The notes beneath the pieces are model-generated. The model saw nothing but the letters and a program-made list of their open reading frames with translations. It was not told the DNA's origin and searched no databases. A stretch of 64,000 bases of DNA from a virus: the IMG/VR virus record IMGVR_UViG_3300020220_003261; one strand, given 5' to 3'. Each line of letters opens with the position of its first letter. The first letter of the stretch is position 1. A program made the position numbers and the translations under genes. Positions 28,042 to 38,560 of this stretch are shown here, one piece after another.

Positions 28042-28691
28042 GTTATTTGATTGCTAATATACCACCAATAGAAGTTTATGTAGATAAAAGGTTTCTTTAC
28101 GATTTTCAAACCGATAAAGATGGTAAATTATTGGGCGATAAGGAATGGGAAAAGGGTCATTGGGTAAGTGTTAAATCAATTATAAATCGAGCACTCCTTT
28201 TTGAAACCTATATTGACAAGTTTGGTGCTGTATATGATAAGCTACCGATTCATGCATTTCGTTGGAGACATAAAAAATCAAATGATAAGGAGTTTCCTTT
28301 AGATTTTTTACAACTTTGGGATTGTCTATCATATAACATATCAGTTATAGAAAAAAGGGTTCTAACGGGTGTCAAAACCTTTACAACAATGAAGGATCAT
28401 AGTGTTGTTGAGGGTGAATATCTTTTTACAATTGATACCGCACATTCAGAACCAAATGAAGTGGATTGTGGATGGAGTGAAACACCAAATGAGCATAAAT
28501 GTTATAACATATCTAAATTGGAAAACGGTCAATTTTGTGCACAACCAAATAATAGAACTCGTTGGTATCAACCTTCTCGAACCGAATCAATAAATGAAAT
28601 TCCGTATTTTAGATACTCTACTAAAATATGGAGATGTGAAGATAATAGTAAATGGAGACCTTCTGATTCTAAATGGGATTATACATTTTGA
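28038..28691 (+). CDS. Conserved hypothetical phage protein
   Basis: MSYLIANIPP...YDKLPIHAF...LQLWDC...GEYLFTID...EHK...NGQFCAQPNNR pattern, recalled from aquatic phages. Function unknown. Confidence 0.75.
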   Translation: MSYLIANIPPIEVYVDKRFLYDFQTDKDGKLLGDKEWEKGHWVSVKSIINRALLFETYIDKFGAVYDKLPIHAFRWRHKKSNDKEFPLDFLQLWDCLSYNISVIEKRVLTGVKTFTTMKDHSVVEGEYLFTIDTAHSEPNEVDCGWSETPNEHKCYNISKLENGQFCAQPNNRTRWYQPSRTESINEIPYFRYSTKIWRCEDNSKWRPSDSKWDYTF

Positions 28692-28797
28692 ATGCACATA
28701 TTCAATGATTTTATCTTTACTCGAAACACCAATATGGAAAAAATAAACAAACTTTTACAAAATGTAAAAATTGTTTATATTTTATTAATTAATTAAA

Positions 28798-29538
28798 ATG
28801 AATAATATTGCTTTTGGTATCTTTTGTTTTGGAGACCATTATTATTTTGAAGGATCTATACACAAAATAAAAAGATTATTAGAAGATGGATATTCTTGCT
28901 ATGTTCTAACAGATAATATAGAATATTTTAACAAATATTATTCTACAAATTATTTAAAACTAATTCCATATAAAAAAGAAATTAAATCATATCATGACAA
29001 AATGTTATTACCAAAATATATTTTGGATAATCATGATATCTGTATTTTAATCGATGCAGATTTAGAAGTATTCGATTATTCTTTTTTAAAAAAAATTAAA
29101 ACATTCGATTTTAAACACGGAATATCCTTTGTTGAAACACTATCAAAACACCCGAGCAAGTTGGAAACCATTTCAAATATTGATATGACAACAAATGAGT
29201 GGAAATTTTATAAAGATTATATCAAAAATTTAAATGTAGATATATCAAATGAAAATACAATGTGGGAATATTTTTTAGTTATTAATAAAAAAGGTTTTAA
29301 CCAAAAAGATTTTTACAAACACTATGAAAAATTACAAATAGTTAAAGATTTTTGTAACATAGATGGTAAAAAAGAAATATCTGGTATGGGTGAAGGTGTT
29401 TCTATTCTAATATCATCTTTATTATCAAACACAAAATTGACTTTGGATGAAAATTTGTTTAAATTAATCCAAAATAAGGTGGTTAGTATTAGTAGAAAAT
29501 TTACTAATCCTGATTTTTTACCTGATTGGATGAAATGA
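28798..29538 (+). CDS. Putative GT-A fold glycosyltransferase-like protein
   Basis: CILIDAD (DxD after a hydrophobic strand). First gene of the glycan island. Confidence 0.5.
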   Translation: MNNIAFGIFCFGDHYYFEGSIHKIKRLLEDGYSCYVLTDNIEYFNKYYSTNYLKLIPYKKEIKSYHDKMLLPKYILDNHDICILIDADLEVFDYSFLKKIKTFDFKHGISFVETLSKHPSKLETISNIDMTTNEWKFYKDYIKNLNVDISNENTMWEYFLVINKKGFNQKDFYKHYEKLQIVKDFCNIDGKKEISGMGEGVSILISSLLSNTKLTLDENLFKLIQNKVVSISRKFTNPDFLPDWMK

Positions 29539-30263
29539 TCTTAAACGAAGAATATTTAAAAAAATTTATTACAAATAATAATGATAAACCTGTTCCTTAT
29601 AGGTGGACACACGGTGCAACCGATTTACATTTAGGAGATGGATTAATAGTTTACTCATTAATACAGATGATGAGGTTTAAAACTTGTGTTTGTATAGGAT
29701 CTGGTGGTGGATTCATACCTCGCCTGATGACACAAGCTAGATTAGATTTACATAAACAAGAAATATTCGAAGGAAATTCAGATTATAATTGGGGTGATAT
29801 TGGCGTCACATATGTTGTCGATGCGTGTAATGGTATTGGTGGACCAACAGATATAGAAGATGAAAATTCATTTTTTAGAAGAACTTTTTGGCCAAGGTTT
29901 ATAAAATCAACATCTGTTGATGCGTATCATGATTTTTTTGTTAGGCAAGATATTAAAATTGATTTACTTTTTTTAGATGGTGACCATACGTATGAGGGTA
30001 TTAAAAATGATTTTAATTTATATTCATCATTATTAACAAATAATGGAATTATTGTTATACACGATACTGATAAAAATTATGAAAAAACTTTGATTGTATC
30101 TGAAGATGCAAAAAAAGATTATCACAAATTCGATGGGCCTTCAAAATTTGTTGAAGAATTACAACAAAGTAAAGAGTGGAACTTGATTAATCTTTTTAAT
30201 TTTTGTATATTATCAACAAAACCAACCTCATCAGGAATTACAATTATTAATAGAAAAAAATGA
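29526..30263 (+). CDS. Class I SAM-dependent methyltransferase (Methyltransf_24-like)
   Basis: VCIGSGGG motif I. IDLLFLDGDHTYEG...GIIVIHD. Confidence 0.85.
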   Translation: MDEMILNEEYLKKFITNNNDKPVPYRWTHGATDLHLGDGLIVYSLIQMMRFKTCVCIGSGGGFIPRLMTQARLDLHKQEIFEGNSDYNWGDIGVTYVVDACNGIGGPTDIEDENSFFRRTFWPRFIKSTSVDAYHDFFVRQDIKIDLLFLDGDHTYEGIKNDFNLYSSLLTNNGIIVIHDTDKNYEKTLIVSEDAKKDYHKFDGPSKFVEELQQSKEWNLINLFNFCILSTKPTSSGITIINRKK

Positions 30264-31111
30264 TTAGATTAATATCTGTTATTGGTCACGGAATTGATTT
30301 AATACCACATTTCGTAAAACATTATTCAAAATATGTTGAGGAGATCCAATTTGTTGTATATCAATCATCAATTCATCCAAATTTGATTCAAAATGTAAAA
30401 GATAAAGTCAAACAATATAAAAACGTAAAGATTGTAAAAACTATTGAGGACAGAGTATTTGATTGGGAAAAAGTTACACAATTATACAATTTCATTAAAT
30501 CAAAAAATCCACATGATTGGTGGGTGGTTGCTGATATTGATGAATTTCATTTATATCCAAATAATAATTTAAAGCAATGTATATCAGATTGTGAGGATAA
30601 CGGATGGGAAATAATAAGAGGTGGTTTTATAGATAGGATTGGACCGAATGGAGAATTTTCAGTTTTAAATATGAATGAAGAAATATTTTCACAATATCCA
30701 AATGCGGGTTTTTTTAGATATCGTTTAAGTAAAGCCAATCCAAATAAGGTTTGTGTTATGAAGGGGTCTATTGAAATTACATCTGGACAACATTATGCAA
30801 AAATAGATAATCAAACAACTTGGAAATGGCAAGGATGGAATCACCCATTAATTAATCCTAAAGACCACGTACAAGTTCACCATTTCAAATGGGATTCCAC
30901 ATCGATAGAAAGAATTAAAACAGTTGCAGATAATAATCAAGATTATTCCTATTCGAATGAGTACGGAATTATGTACAATTCATTAAGAAAAAATAAGTTT
31001 TGTATTAACATAGAAGACCCCTTGTTTTTATTCAAAAAAAATTGTATATTAGGTAATTATGGGGAGTACTCCAAATGGAATAATTTAATTAATAAAATAA
31101 AATCAATATGA
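30260..31111 (+). CDS. Glycosyltransferase, GT2/GT92-like
   Basis: LIPHFVKHYSK start, WWVVADIDEF DxD motif, K...GQH and HHFKW. Confidence 0.8.
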   Translation: MIRLISVIGHGIDLIPHFVKHYSKYVEEIQFVVYQSSIHPNLIQNVKDKVKQYKNVKIVKTIEDRVFDWEKVTQLYNFIKSKNPHDWWVVADIDEFHLYPNNNLKQCISDCEDNGWEIIRGGFIDRIGPNGEFSVLNMNEEIFSQYPNAGFFRYRLSKANPNKVCVMKGSIEITSGQHYAKIDNQTTWKWQGWNHPLINPKDHVQVHHFKWDSTSIERIKTVADNNQDYSYSNEYGIMYNSLRKNKFCINIEDPLFLFKKNCILGNYGEYSKWNNLINKIKSI

Positions 31112-31356
31112 CACAAATTAAAAAAACTAATGGTAAAGATGACGAATTATTGATTCTTGAACAAAGAAAAGTTAAAGCACTGGAAAAAATTTCAAATTCT
31201 TTAGACGCACTTACTGTGTGGGTTGAAGAAATTGATAAAGAGGAGTGGGGTAACAGAATACAATTCTATTTAGCAGAGTTTCATAACAAAATCGTAAAAG
31301 AAATTGTATTCAAAGATGGTCAAGAGGTAAAAATATCCAATAAGAAAATAAAATAA
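31108..31356 (+). CDS. Hypothetical protein
   Basis: 82-aa helical ORF, overlap-coupled. Confidence 0.7.
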   Translation: MTQIKKTNGKDDELLILEQRKVKALEKISNSLDALTVWVEEIDKEEWGNRIQFYLAEFHNKIVKEIVFKDGQEVKISNKKIK

Positions 31357-32777
31357 TGAGTCATAAACTTGGTATAATCGTACCATATAGAGACCGTTAT
31401 AAACAACTTGTTCGATTTAAAGTATCATTAAAAAATTGGTTATCGAAATTTGATATTGACTATGAAATAATTGTAGTTGAACAAGATGACGGGCTAGCGT
31501 TCAATAGAGGAAAACTATTGAACGTTGGTTTTTTATATTCCAAAAAGTTAAAATGTGACTACGTTATTTTTCACGATGTTGACATGTTACCTTATGATGT
31601 TGATTATTCATATTGTGATATACCATTACACATGGCAACTGATTTCATAACGACAGGTGGATTCAAAAGAATAGTATTTGATGAATATTTTGGGGGAGTT
31701 ACACTTTTTCCAGTGGACATGTTCGAACTTGTAAATGGTTACTCAAACAAATATTGGGGATGGGGTTATGAAGACACCGAACTTTTACATAGATGCAAAT
31801 TGTCTAAAATTCCATTAGACACAAAAGAAATCAGTCTAAAAGGTGGTAATGTGGCATCTCTAAGATTTAATGGTGTAGACGCATATATTGAGGGAAACAA
31901 CATATTCGATTTCAAATATAAAAATACAATTTTTATTAGTTTCAATCCCGATGAATTAACATTAAATCATGAAAAAGATGATGATGTGTTTGCGTCTTTT
32001 GGTATACCCGGTTATGATTTTTTAATCGGATTTACCTCGTATTCAAGATACGCAGTTCAAATATTTGATATTGATAATAATATTATTCATTTAGAATCTA
32101 ATATAACAACCAATTATAAAACTAATATTGCTTTAACTATTGACACATATGAAAAAGAAATAAAGATGTATCAAGATGGTGTATTAGTGGACAGTAAAAA
32201 AATAAAAAAATTAAGAGATTATTATAGTAAGAATAGAAAATTTTATTTAGGATGTAGTAACCCTAATAGAAAAGACAATCAAAAATTTTTTAAGGGCACC
32301 ATATCTAACTTTGCAGTTTTTTCTGACGTGTTAAATTATGATGAAATCAAAGAAATTTCAGATAACAAGTATTTTGGATTGACACAAAACTTCGGTAACT
32401 ATAAATCAGACCATAGAGTGATATTATATTATGATGCTAAATTTATAAAGGGTTATAAATTAATTGATTTAAGTGGGAATGGTAATGACGGTGAAATACA
32501 CAATTGTGAAATCGTAGGTGAATCATTTGAAGATTACATTGAAATCGAAATACCATACAGAAGAAAATCAACATTTGAATTGATTCCACATAGAGAAAAT
32601 GGGTATATTAAAAATGGATGGAAAAATAAATTAACCAGATACAATCAATTAAGATTTTATAATGAAACTCTTAAAGGTTCTACAGATTTTAAAAAAGATG
32701 GTTTAAATAATTGTGAATATGTTGAACATTCATACGTAAAAAATAAAAACGAAAATCATATTATTGTAGGAATATAA
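31356..32777 (+). CDS. GT7 (beta-1,4-galactosyltransferase-like) enzyme with inserted LamG domain
   Basis: IIVPYRDR, FNRGKLLNVGF, FHDVDMLP, YFGGV, NGYSNKYWGWGYED. LamG insert. C-terminal H...NQLRF...KDGLN. Confidence 0.88.
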   Translation: MSHKLGIIVPYRDRYKQLVRFKVSLKNWLSKFDIDYEIIVVEQDDGLAFNRGKLLNVGFLYSKKLKCDYVIFHDVDMLPYDVDYSYCDIPLHMATDFITTGGFKRIVFDEYFGGVTLFPVDMFELVNGYSNKYWGWGYEDTELLHRCKLSKIPLDTKEISLKGGNVASLRFNGVDAYIEGNNIFDFKYKNTIFISFNPDELTLNHEKDDDVFASFGIPGYDFLIGFTSYSRYAVQIFDIDNNIIHLESNITTNYKTNIALTIDTYEKEIKMYQDGVLVDSKKIKKLRDYYSKNRKFYLGCSNPNRKDNQKFFKGTISNFAVFSDVLNYDEIKEISDNKYFGLTQNFGNYKSDHRVILYYDAKFIKGYKLIDLSGNGNDGEIHNCEIVGESFEDYIEIEIPYRRKSTFELIPHRENGYIKNGWKNKLTRYNQLRFYNETLKGSTDFKKDGLNNCEYVEHSYVKNKNENHIIVGI

Positions 32778-34201
32778 TGGGACATAAGTTAGGTATTTGT
32801 ATACCATATAGAAATAGAAAAGATCATATTGATAAATTGATTCCTCATCTATCAAAGTATCTCGGTAATGTTGGAATTGATCACAAATTTTATGTCGGTC
32901 ATCAAGTAGACGATAAACTTTTCAATAGAGGGGCAATGAAAAATATTGCAGCTCATTATGCTTTTCAAGAAGGATGTGATTATATTGCTTGGCATGATGT
33001 AGATATGTTAAGTGAAGATAGAGATGGTTTTATTTGTGATTATTCGTATCCGAATTTGAATCCAATTCACATTGCCACAAAATTGTCAAAATACAATTAT
33101 GGTTTAGGTTACGATCAATACTTTGGAGGAGTAGTTCTTTTTACAAAGGAACAGGCTTATCAAACAAATGGTTATTCAAATGATTATTGGGATTGGGGTC
33201 AAGAAGACGATGATTTATTTTGGAGATGTTATTTTGAAGGTATGACGACTGGAAAAATGCTTGAGGGTCATGGTGAAAGAATTGTTGCTGAATTTAATGG
33301 AGATAGTTCTTTTTTAAAAATACCAACAAACAGAGAAATATCTTATTCATTACACAACGAATTCACAATTTCTATTTTATTCAAGGCAGAACAACAACCT
33401 GAAAAAGTTCCAATTTGGCTTGTTGGTGATAAAGAAAAAAAATTCATAGAATATCCTTTAATAAGAAAAGATGGTGCGTGGACTTGGGGACTATCATTCA
33501 ATAATTCAAGAGCTGTAACTATGGTCTTGTTTGATAAAAATAATCAACATTATTATAATTGGGCAAAAAGATTTGAAAACTTATGGACGTGGGTAACTTT
33601 ATCATATTCAAAAGAAAAACGAGGAGCATACCTTTTTGTAAATAATGAATTAATTTGTCAAATGAATGGTGTTAAGGAAAACAAACCATTTTCTGTTAAA
33701 GAAGATCTTAGAACTTTAGATTCAATAAAACCATTTATTATTGGACACTGTCCACATTTAAACACTTTTTATAAAGGGAAAATTGCAGAGATAAAAATCT
33801 CAAATCAATTTACCGAAAATGTTAAAAAAGGAGTCAATAATTTACTATCTCATTATGATTTTGATAAAGGTTTTTTAAATCTTATTGATAAAAAAGAATT
33901 TGAAAATTTTGATGTTAAATTTTCAAAAGAAAATGTTGAAATTATCGAAAATATTTTACCTTTTAGAAGAGAAGGTAATTTTTATTGTATACCACATACT
34001 GATGAAGGTTTTGTAAATGGAACTTGGGCTAAGGGTGAATCAACTGCAAGAAATGAAAGGAGATTTGTAACAGAAATGCAACAGAAAAAAATTAACTATA
34101 AAGAAGATGGATTAAATAAAATTTTAGATGTTTTAACAATTGATGTTATAGATGAAGAACTATACCCTAACACAAAATTTATAAATGTAAGAATGAAATG
34201 A
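32777..34201 (+). CDS. Second GT7-like enzyme with inserted LamG domain
   Basis: ICIPYRNR, FNRGAMKN, WHDVDML, YFGGVV, NGYSNDYWDWGQEDDD. LamG insert. C-terminal PH...NERRF...EDGLN. Confidence 0.88.
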   Translation: MGHKLGICIPYRNRKDHIDKLIPHLSKYLGNVGIDHKFYVGHQVDDKLFNRGAMKNIAAHYAFQEGCDYIAWHDVDMLSEDRDGFICDYSYPNLNPIHIATKLSKYNYGLGYDQYFGGVVLFTKEQAYQTNGYSNDYWDWGQEDDDLFWRCYFEGMTTGKMLEGHGERIVAEFNGDSSFLKIPTNREISYSLHNEFTISILFKAEQQPEKVPIWLVGDKEKKFIEYPLIRKDGAWTWGLSFNNSRAVTMVLFDKNNQHYYNWAKRFENLWTWVTLSYSKEKRGAYLFVNNELICQMNGVKENKPFSVKEDLRTLDSIKPFIIGHCPHLNTFYKGKIAEIKISNQFTENVKKGVNNLLSHYDFDKGFLNLIDKKEFENFDVKFSKENVEIIENILPFRREGNFYCIPHTDEGFVNGTWAKGESTARNERRFVTEMQQKKINYKEDGLNKILDVLTIDVIDEELYPNTKFINVRMK

Positions 34202-36294
34202 AAATAGAATATCAAAAGCCGTGGTTTATAAAACCAAAATTAACTGAACCACAAACTAATCCACTTATTGATGGTCAATTTACTGTTTCACTTACATTTC
34301 AAGTAGGTAAGGATTTTAAAAAAGACAATAAAATTGGATTTTGGGGTGTGCCAGGTAAAAATATTGGAATTAGTTACGATTACGAAGTGAATTATTTTGT
34401 ATTTGAATTTTGGACTAAAGAAGAAAATGGTGAGGGTAAATTTAATTGTCACATTTATGATTGTATAAATGACAAATCACTTCATAAGGTTTTAAACATA
34501 ACAGTTGTATTCGATGGTGAAATTTATTATTTGTACAAAGATTATAAATTATTTGATACAATAATGAATTCAGCTCAATTGATTGATGATTATAAAAATG
34601 AACCCATTTATTTAGGATGTCATAATATTGATAGTTTAAATCAAAAACACAAATGTATAACTGAATTGGATGTTTTTCATTTTAGTGCTTATAAAAATGC
34701 AATAGATATTGACACAATAAAAAAATATATTGAGAATCCTAAAGAATTACAATTATCGGAAGATTTTAAAAGTACATATTGTTTTTATGATTTAGAAAAT
34801 ACGAATGAAGAATTTTTAATTTTAGATTCTTTTGTTAAGAAAACATTTTTGAAGAAAAAAAATAAAATGTCTTCTGTTGGTTTTGAAATTACAAAAGATA
34901 AATTAGATAGTGTTGGATGTGGTTTTTGTTTGGCAAAATGGACACAAGTTACAATGCATTTACATAATGGTACAACACATAGTTGTCACCACCCCGAACC
35001 ACATAAAATAGGTTTAGAAGAGATTAAAAGAAATCCAACCGCATTACACAATAGTAAAATAAAAAAACAGGCAAGAAAAGACATGTTAGAAGATAAACGA
35101 CCTTCAGAATGTCAATATTGTTGGAATGTTGAAGATAATTCATCATCATTTTCTGATAGAATTTTTAAATCTGCAGAACCGTGGTCTGAACCTTATTTTG
35201 ATGAAATTGCGAAATCAGATTGGAGAGAAGATTATAATCCAAAATATGCCGAAATAAGTTTTTCAAACACTTGTAATTTTAAATGTGCATATTGTGGTCC
35301 AGAATATTCATCAAAATGGATGGAAGAAATTAATGAATTTGGACCTTACAATCTTTCGTTTGAGTACAATGGTACGAGAAGAATGGAGGAAAGAAACACT
35401 AAACCATATAAACAAACACAAGAAAATCCATATGTTAATGCATTTTGGGAATGGTTTCCTGAATTGTACAATAGTTTAGATACATTTAGAATAACAGGAG
35501 GAGAACCATTATTACATAAAGATACTTGGAAAGTTTTAGATTATATTATTGATTCTGAAACTCCAAACAAAAATTTAAAATTATCAATTAATAGTAATTT
35601 AGGAGTTCCAGATGAATTGATTGATAAACTAATTGAAAAATTAGATAAAATTATCAGATGGGAAAGAGTACATGAAATGATAATTTTTACAAGTTGTGAT
35701 GGATATGGTAAACAAGCAGAATACACTAGATATGGATTAGATTTTGAAAAATTATTTCAAAATATAGATAAAATATTAACTAAACTGCCAAGAGTTACTA
35801 TAGTGATAATGTCAACTTTCAATGTATTCAGTATATTTTCATATGAATTATTGATTAAAAAGATATATAAAATGAAATTAAAACATTTCAATAATAAAAG
35901 ATATTGGAATACTGCATTAATTTTAGATACATCTTATTTGAGACACCCACCATTTATGAGTTTCAGAATACTTAAAAATTTTATAAATTTAGATTATTTT
36001 AATCGTTGGATTAAGTATATGAAATTCAATTCAACATTTAGAAGTCTTAACTTTCATAAAACCCAACACATAAGTGATGTGGGTTTCTCAACTCAAGAAA
36101 TAGAAAAAATTAATAGAATTAAAGATATATTTGTTGCAGATTATGAAACACCTATTGAACTTTTTAATAAAGATAAAATAGATTTTTCAAAATTTATAAA
36201 AGAATATGAAGTGAGGAGGGGGTACAATTGTTTGGAATATTTTCCTGAATTAAAAGAATTTATAAAATTAATTGAAAATGAAAATACAATATAA
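34198..36294 (+). CDS. Lectin-like N-terminal domain fused to a twitch-type radical SAM enzyme
   Basis: CLAKW...HSCHHP and CQYCW auxiliary-cluster motifs. NTCNFKCAYC (CxxxCxxC). ITGGEPL. Confidence 0.85.
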   Translation: MKIEYQKPWFIKPKLTEPQTNPLIDGQFTVSLTFQVGKDFKKDNKIGFWGVPGKNIGISYDYEVNYFVFEFWTKEENGEGKFNCHIYDCINDKSLHKVLNITVVFDGEIYYLYKDYKLFDTIMNSAQLIDDYKNEPIYLGCHNIDSLNQKHKCITELDVFHFSAYKNAIDIDTIKKYIENPKELQLSEDFKSTYCFYDLENTNEEFLILDSFVKKTFLKKKNKMSSVGFEITKDKLDSVGCGFCLAKWTQVTMHLHNGTTHSCHHPEPHKIGLEEIKRNPTALHNSKIKKQARKDMLEDKRPSECQYCWNVEDNSSSFSDRIFKSAEPWSEPYFDEIAKSDWREDYNPKYAEISFSNTCNFKCAYCGPEYSSKWMEEINEFGPYNLSFEYNGTRRMEERNTKPYKQTQENPYVNAFWEWFPELYNSLDTFRITGGEPLLHKDTWKVLDYIIDSETPNKNLKLSINSNLGVPDELIDKLIEKLDKIIRWERVHEMIIFTSCDGYGKQAEYTRYGLDFEKLFQNIDKILTKLPRVTIVIMSTFNVFSIFSYELLIKKIYKMKLKHFNNKRYWNTALILDTSYLRHPPFMSFRILKNFINLDYFNRWIKYMKFNSTFRSLNFHKTQHISDVGFSTQEIEKINRIKDIFVADYETPIELFNKDKIDFSKFIKEYEVRRGYNCLEYFPELKEFIKLIENENTI

Positions 36295-37015
36295 AGAACC
36301 ATATTGGGTAAAATTTGAATGGGATGTATCTGAACATCATGATAACCAATATGTGACCGCATTTGATAAAAGTGAAAACATAATATTTAGAGATTTTTTA
36401 CACAAAGACAAATACATATTAACTTGTAACTTCAAGTTAAAAAAACACTATAAAAAAGATGAAATATGTATGGTATTTGGTAAACCAGGTAAAAACTTAG
36501 GTTTATCGTACAATGAGGGGTCTAAAGTTTTAGCTTTTGAATTTTGGACTAAATCCGAAGATGGGGATAAGTTCAATATGGTAATATCTAAAACTGTAAC
36601 AACTAAGGACATTGAAAACGGAGTCACTATATCAATAGTAAGAGACGTTAATAAAATATCAATTTTTAAAAATTTTGAATTTGATAATACAGTAGAATTC
36701 AATGGTAATTTAGTTGATGACTATAAGGATAATGCTTTTTTTATTGGTTGTTCAAGTCCAGATATAGAATCAGAAAAACATAGATATTATTGTGAGGTTA
36801 GTATAAATCATTTATCACACATATCAAATACAAATAGTATTGAAATAGCTAAAGAAATTTGTGAAAACGAAACTCATAACTTACCAATGAGAAAATATTA
36901 TGAAGATATTTTATTCTATTATGATTTCAAAACAGTAAACAATATTGGTATTGTTTATGATGAATCAAAGTATACAAATTTTTTAGAAAAAGTTCCAACA
37001 GAGTATATTAAGTAA
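36272..37015 (+). CDS. Stand-alone paralogue of the N-terminal (LamG-like) domain of 34198-36294
   Basis: Shares MKIxYxxPxxxK and GxPGKNxGxSY...FEFWTK with the upstream protein. Confidence 0.75.
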   Translation: MKMKIQYKEPYWVKFEWDVSEHHDNQYVTAFDKSENIIFRDFLHKDKYILTCNFKLKKHYKKDEICMVFGKPGKNLGLSYNEGSKVLAFEFWTKSEDGDKFNMVISKTVTTKDIENGVTISIVRDVNKISIFKNFEFDNTVEFNGNLVDDYKDNAFFIGCSSPDIESEKHRYYCEVSINHLSHISNTNSIEIAKEICENETHNLPMRKYYEDILFYYDFKTVNNIGIVYDESKYTNFLEKVPTEYIK

Positions 37016-37046
37016 AATAAATTAATTAAATTATAATAAAAAAATT

Positions 37047-38495
37047 ATGTCAAAACAATTAGTAAAATGGAGAGATAAACATTTAAATTCTATAAGTAAT
37101 AGTTTTTGTGCGGCAAAATGGTTCAATGTAAGTTTACATTTAGGACACGGTTTTACAAATTCGTGTCATTTACCACTACCACATCCAATAGATTTGGAAA
37201 AAATTAAAACAAATCCCTCTGCACTTCATAATACTGATTTCAAAAAGGAGATTAGGAAGATGATGTTAGAAGGAACAAGACCGGCCGAATGTTCGTATTG
37301 TTGGAGAATTGAGGACATTGGTAGAAATAATGTTTCTGACAGGGTCTATAAAAGTCAAATATACAAGGAACAAGACATTGCTTCCATAAAAGACATACCA
37401 TGGGACGCTGATGTTATGCCAAAAACAATTGAAGTAAGTTTTGATAGAATTTGTAATTTTGCATGTACTTATTGCAATTCGGGTTATAGTACGAAATGGG
37501 GAAAAGACATTAAAGATAATGGACCGTATCAAAAGTTCAAAACAACGAGTGCGGGTGCATATTATGCAGACGGTTCATGGTCTGAAATATATGGAAAGTA
37601 TGGTGAGAATAATCCTTATGTTAAAGCATTCTTAGAATGGTGGCCTGAATTATCACAAAATTTAGAAGAAATTAGAATTACTGGTGGAGAGCCCTCCCAA
37701 AGCCATAACTTTTGGAAGTTTATGGAAATAGTAAAACAATATGATTCTCCGAATCTAAGAGTAGCTATTAATTCAAATTTAGGACAAACAGAGAGAACTA
37801 TTGATAGACTTATAAATGTAACAAAAGAAATAAAGGTAAAAGAATTTGATTTATACACAAGTTGTGAAGCATATGGAAAACATGCAGAATATATTAGAGA
37901 TGGTTTGAATTATAAAATATGGAGACAAAACTTAGTCAATATAATTGAAAATGCGAATATCAGACAAGTTGTTATTATGATGACAATAAATAATTTGTGT
38001 CTATTCAGTATCACTGATTTTATGAATGATATGTTAGAATTAAAAGCTAAGTATGGTTGGAATAAACCAATTTTAGATTTAAACATTCTGAGATGGCCCG
38101 CATTTATGTCACCACTTACCTTACCCAATGAATTTAAACACATATTACATGACAATTTGAAAACATGGTATGAAATGCAAGAGAATAATGAACTTTTAAA
38201 CATACATGAGAGAGGTCAAATTGAAAGACTAATTGATTACATAGAAGTTGTCAATAGAGGACATATTACAACAGAATTAGATAATGTATCACAATATCAT
38301 GATTTTAAAAGCTTTTATGTCCAATACGATTTAAGAAGAAATAAAAATTTTCAAGATACTTTTCCACAATTATCAGATTGGTTTAATGAAATTATAGTTG
38401 ATAAAAGTATACCTGATGTTAGTGTAACAGACGGAAGAATCACACATTTTGAACCAGGAATATACGTGTCAGATAAAGATAATTACAATAAGTAA
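37047..38495 (+). CDS. Twitch-type radical SAM enzyme
   Basis: CAAKW...NSCHLP, CSYCW, RICNFACTYC, ITGGEPS. Paralogue of the C-terminal part of 34198-36294. Confidence 0.88.
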   Translation: MSKQLVKWRDKHLNSISNSFCAAKWFNVSLHLGHGFTNSCHLPLPHPIDLEKIKTNPSALHNTDFKKEIRKMMLEGTRPAECSYCWRIEDIGRNNVSDRVYKSQIYKEQDIASIKDIPWDADVMPKTIEVSFDRICNFACTYCNSGYSTKWGKDIKDNGPYQKFKTTSAGAYYADGSWSEIYGKYGENNPYVKAFLEWWPELSQNLEEIRITGGEPSQSHNFWKFMEIVKQYDSPNLRVAINSNLGQTERTIDRLINVTKEIKVKEFDLYTSCEAYGKHAEYIRDGLNYKIWRQNLVNIIENANIRQVVIMMTINNLCLFSITDFMNDMLELKAKYGWNKPILDLNILRWPAFMSPLTLPNEFKHILHDNLKTWYEMQENNELLNIHERGQIERLIDYIEVVNRGHITTELDNVSQYHDFKSFYVQYDLRRNKNFQDTFPQLSDWFNEIIVDKSIPDVSVTDGRITHFEPGIYVSDKDNYNK

Positions 38496-38560
38496 TGATT
38501 ACATATAATAAGACCTTAAGGTGAATATAAATTAGATTCAAAACCCATTTCTAAATCAAA

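Noticed and set aside
27921-28109. 62-aa minus-strand ORF in the track
   Set aside because: It is antisense to the chaperone remnant and to the start of 28038-28691, which explain the sequence better.
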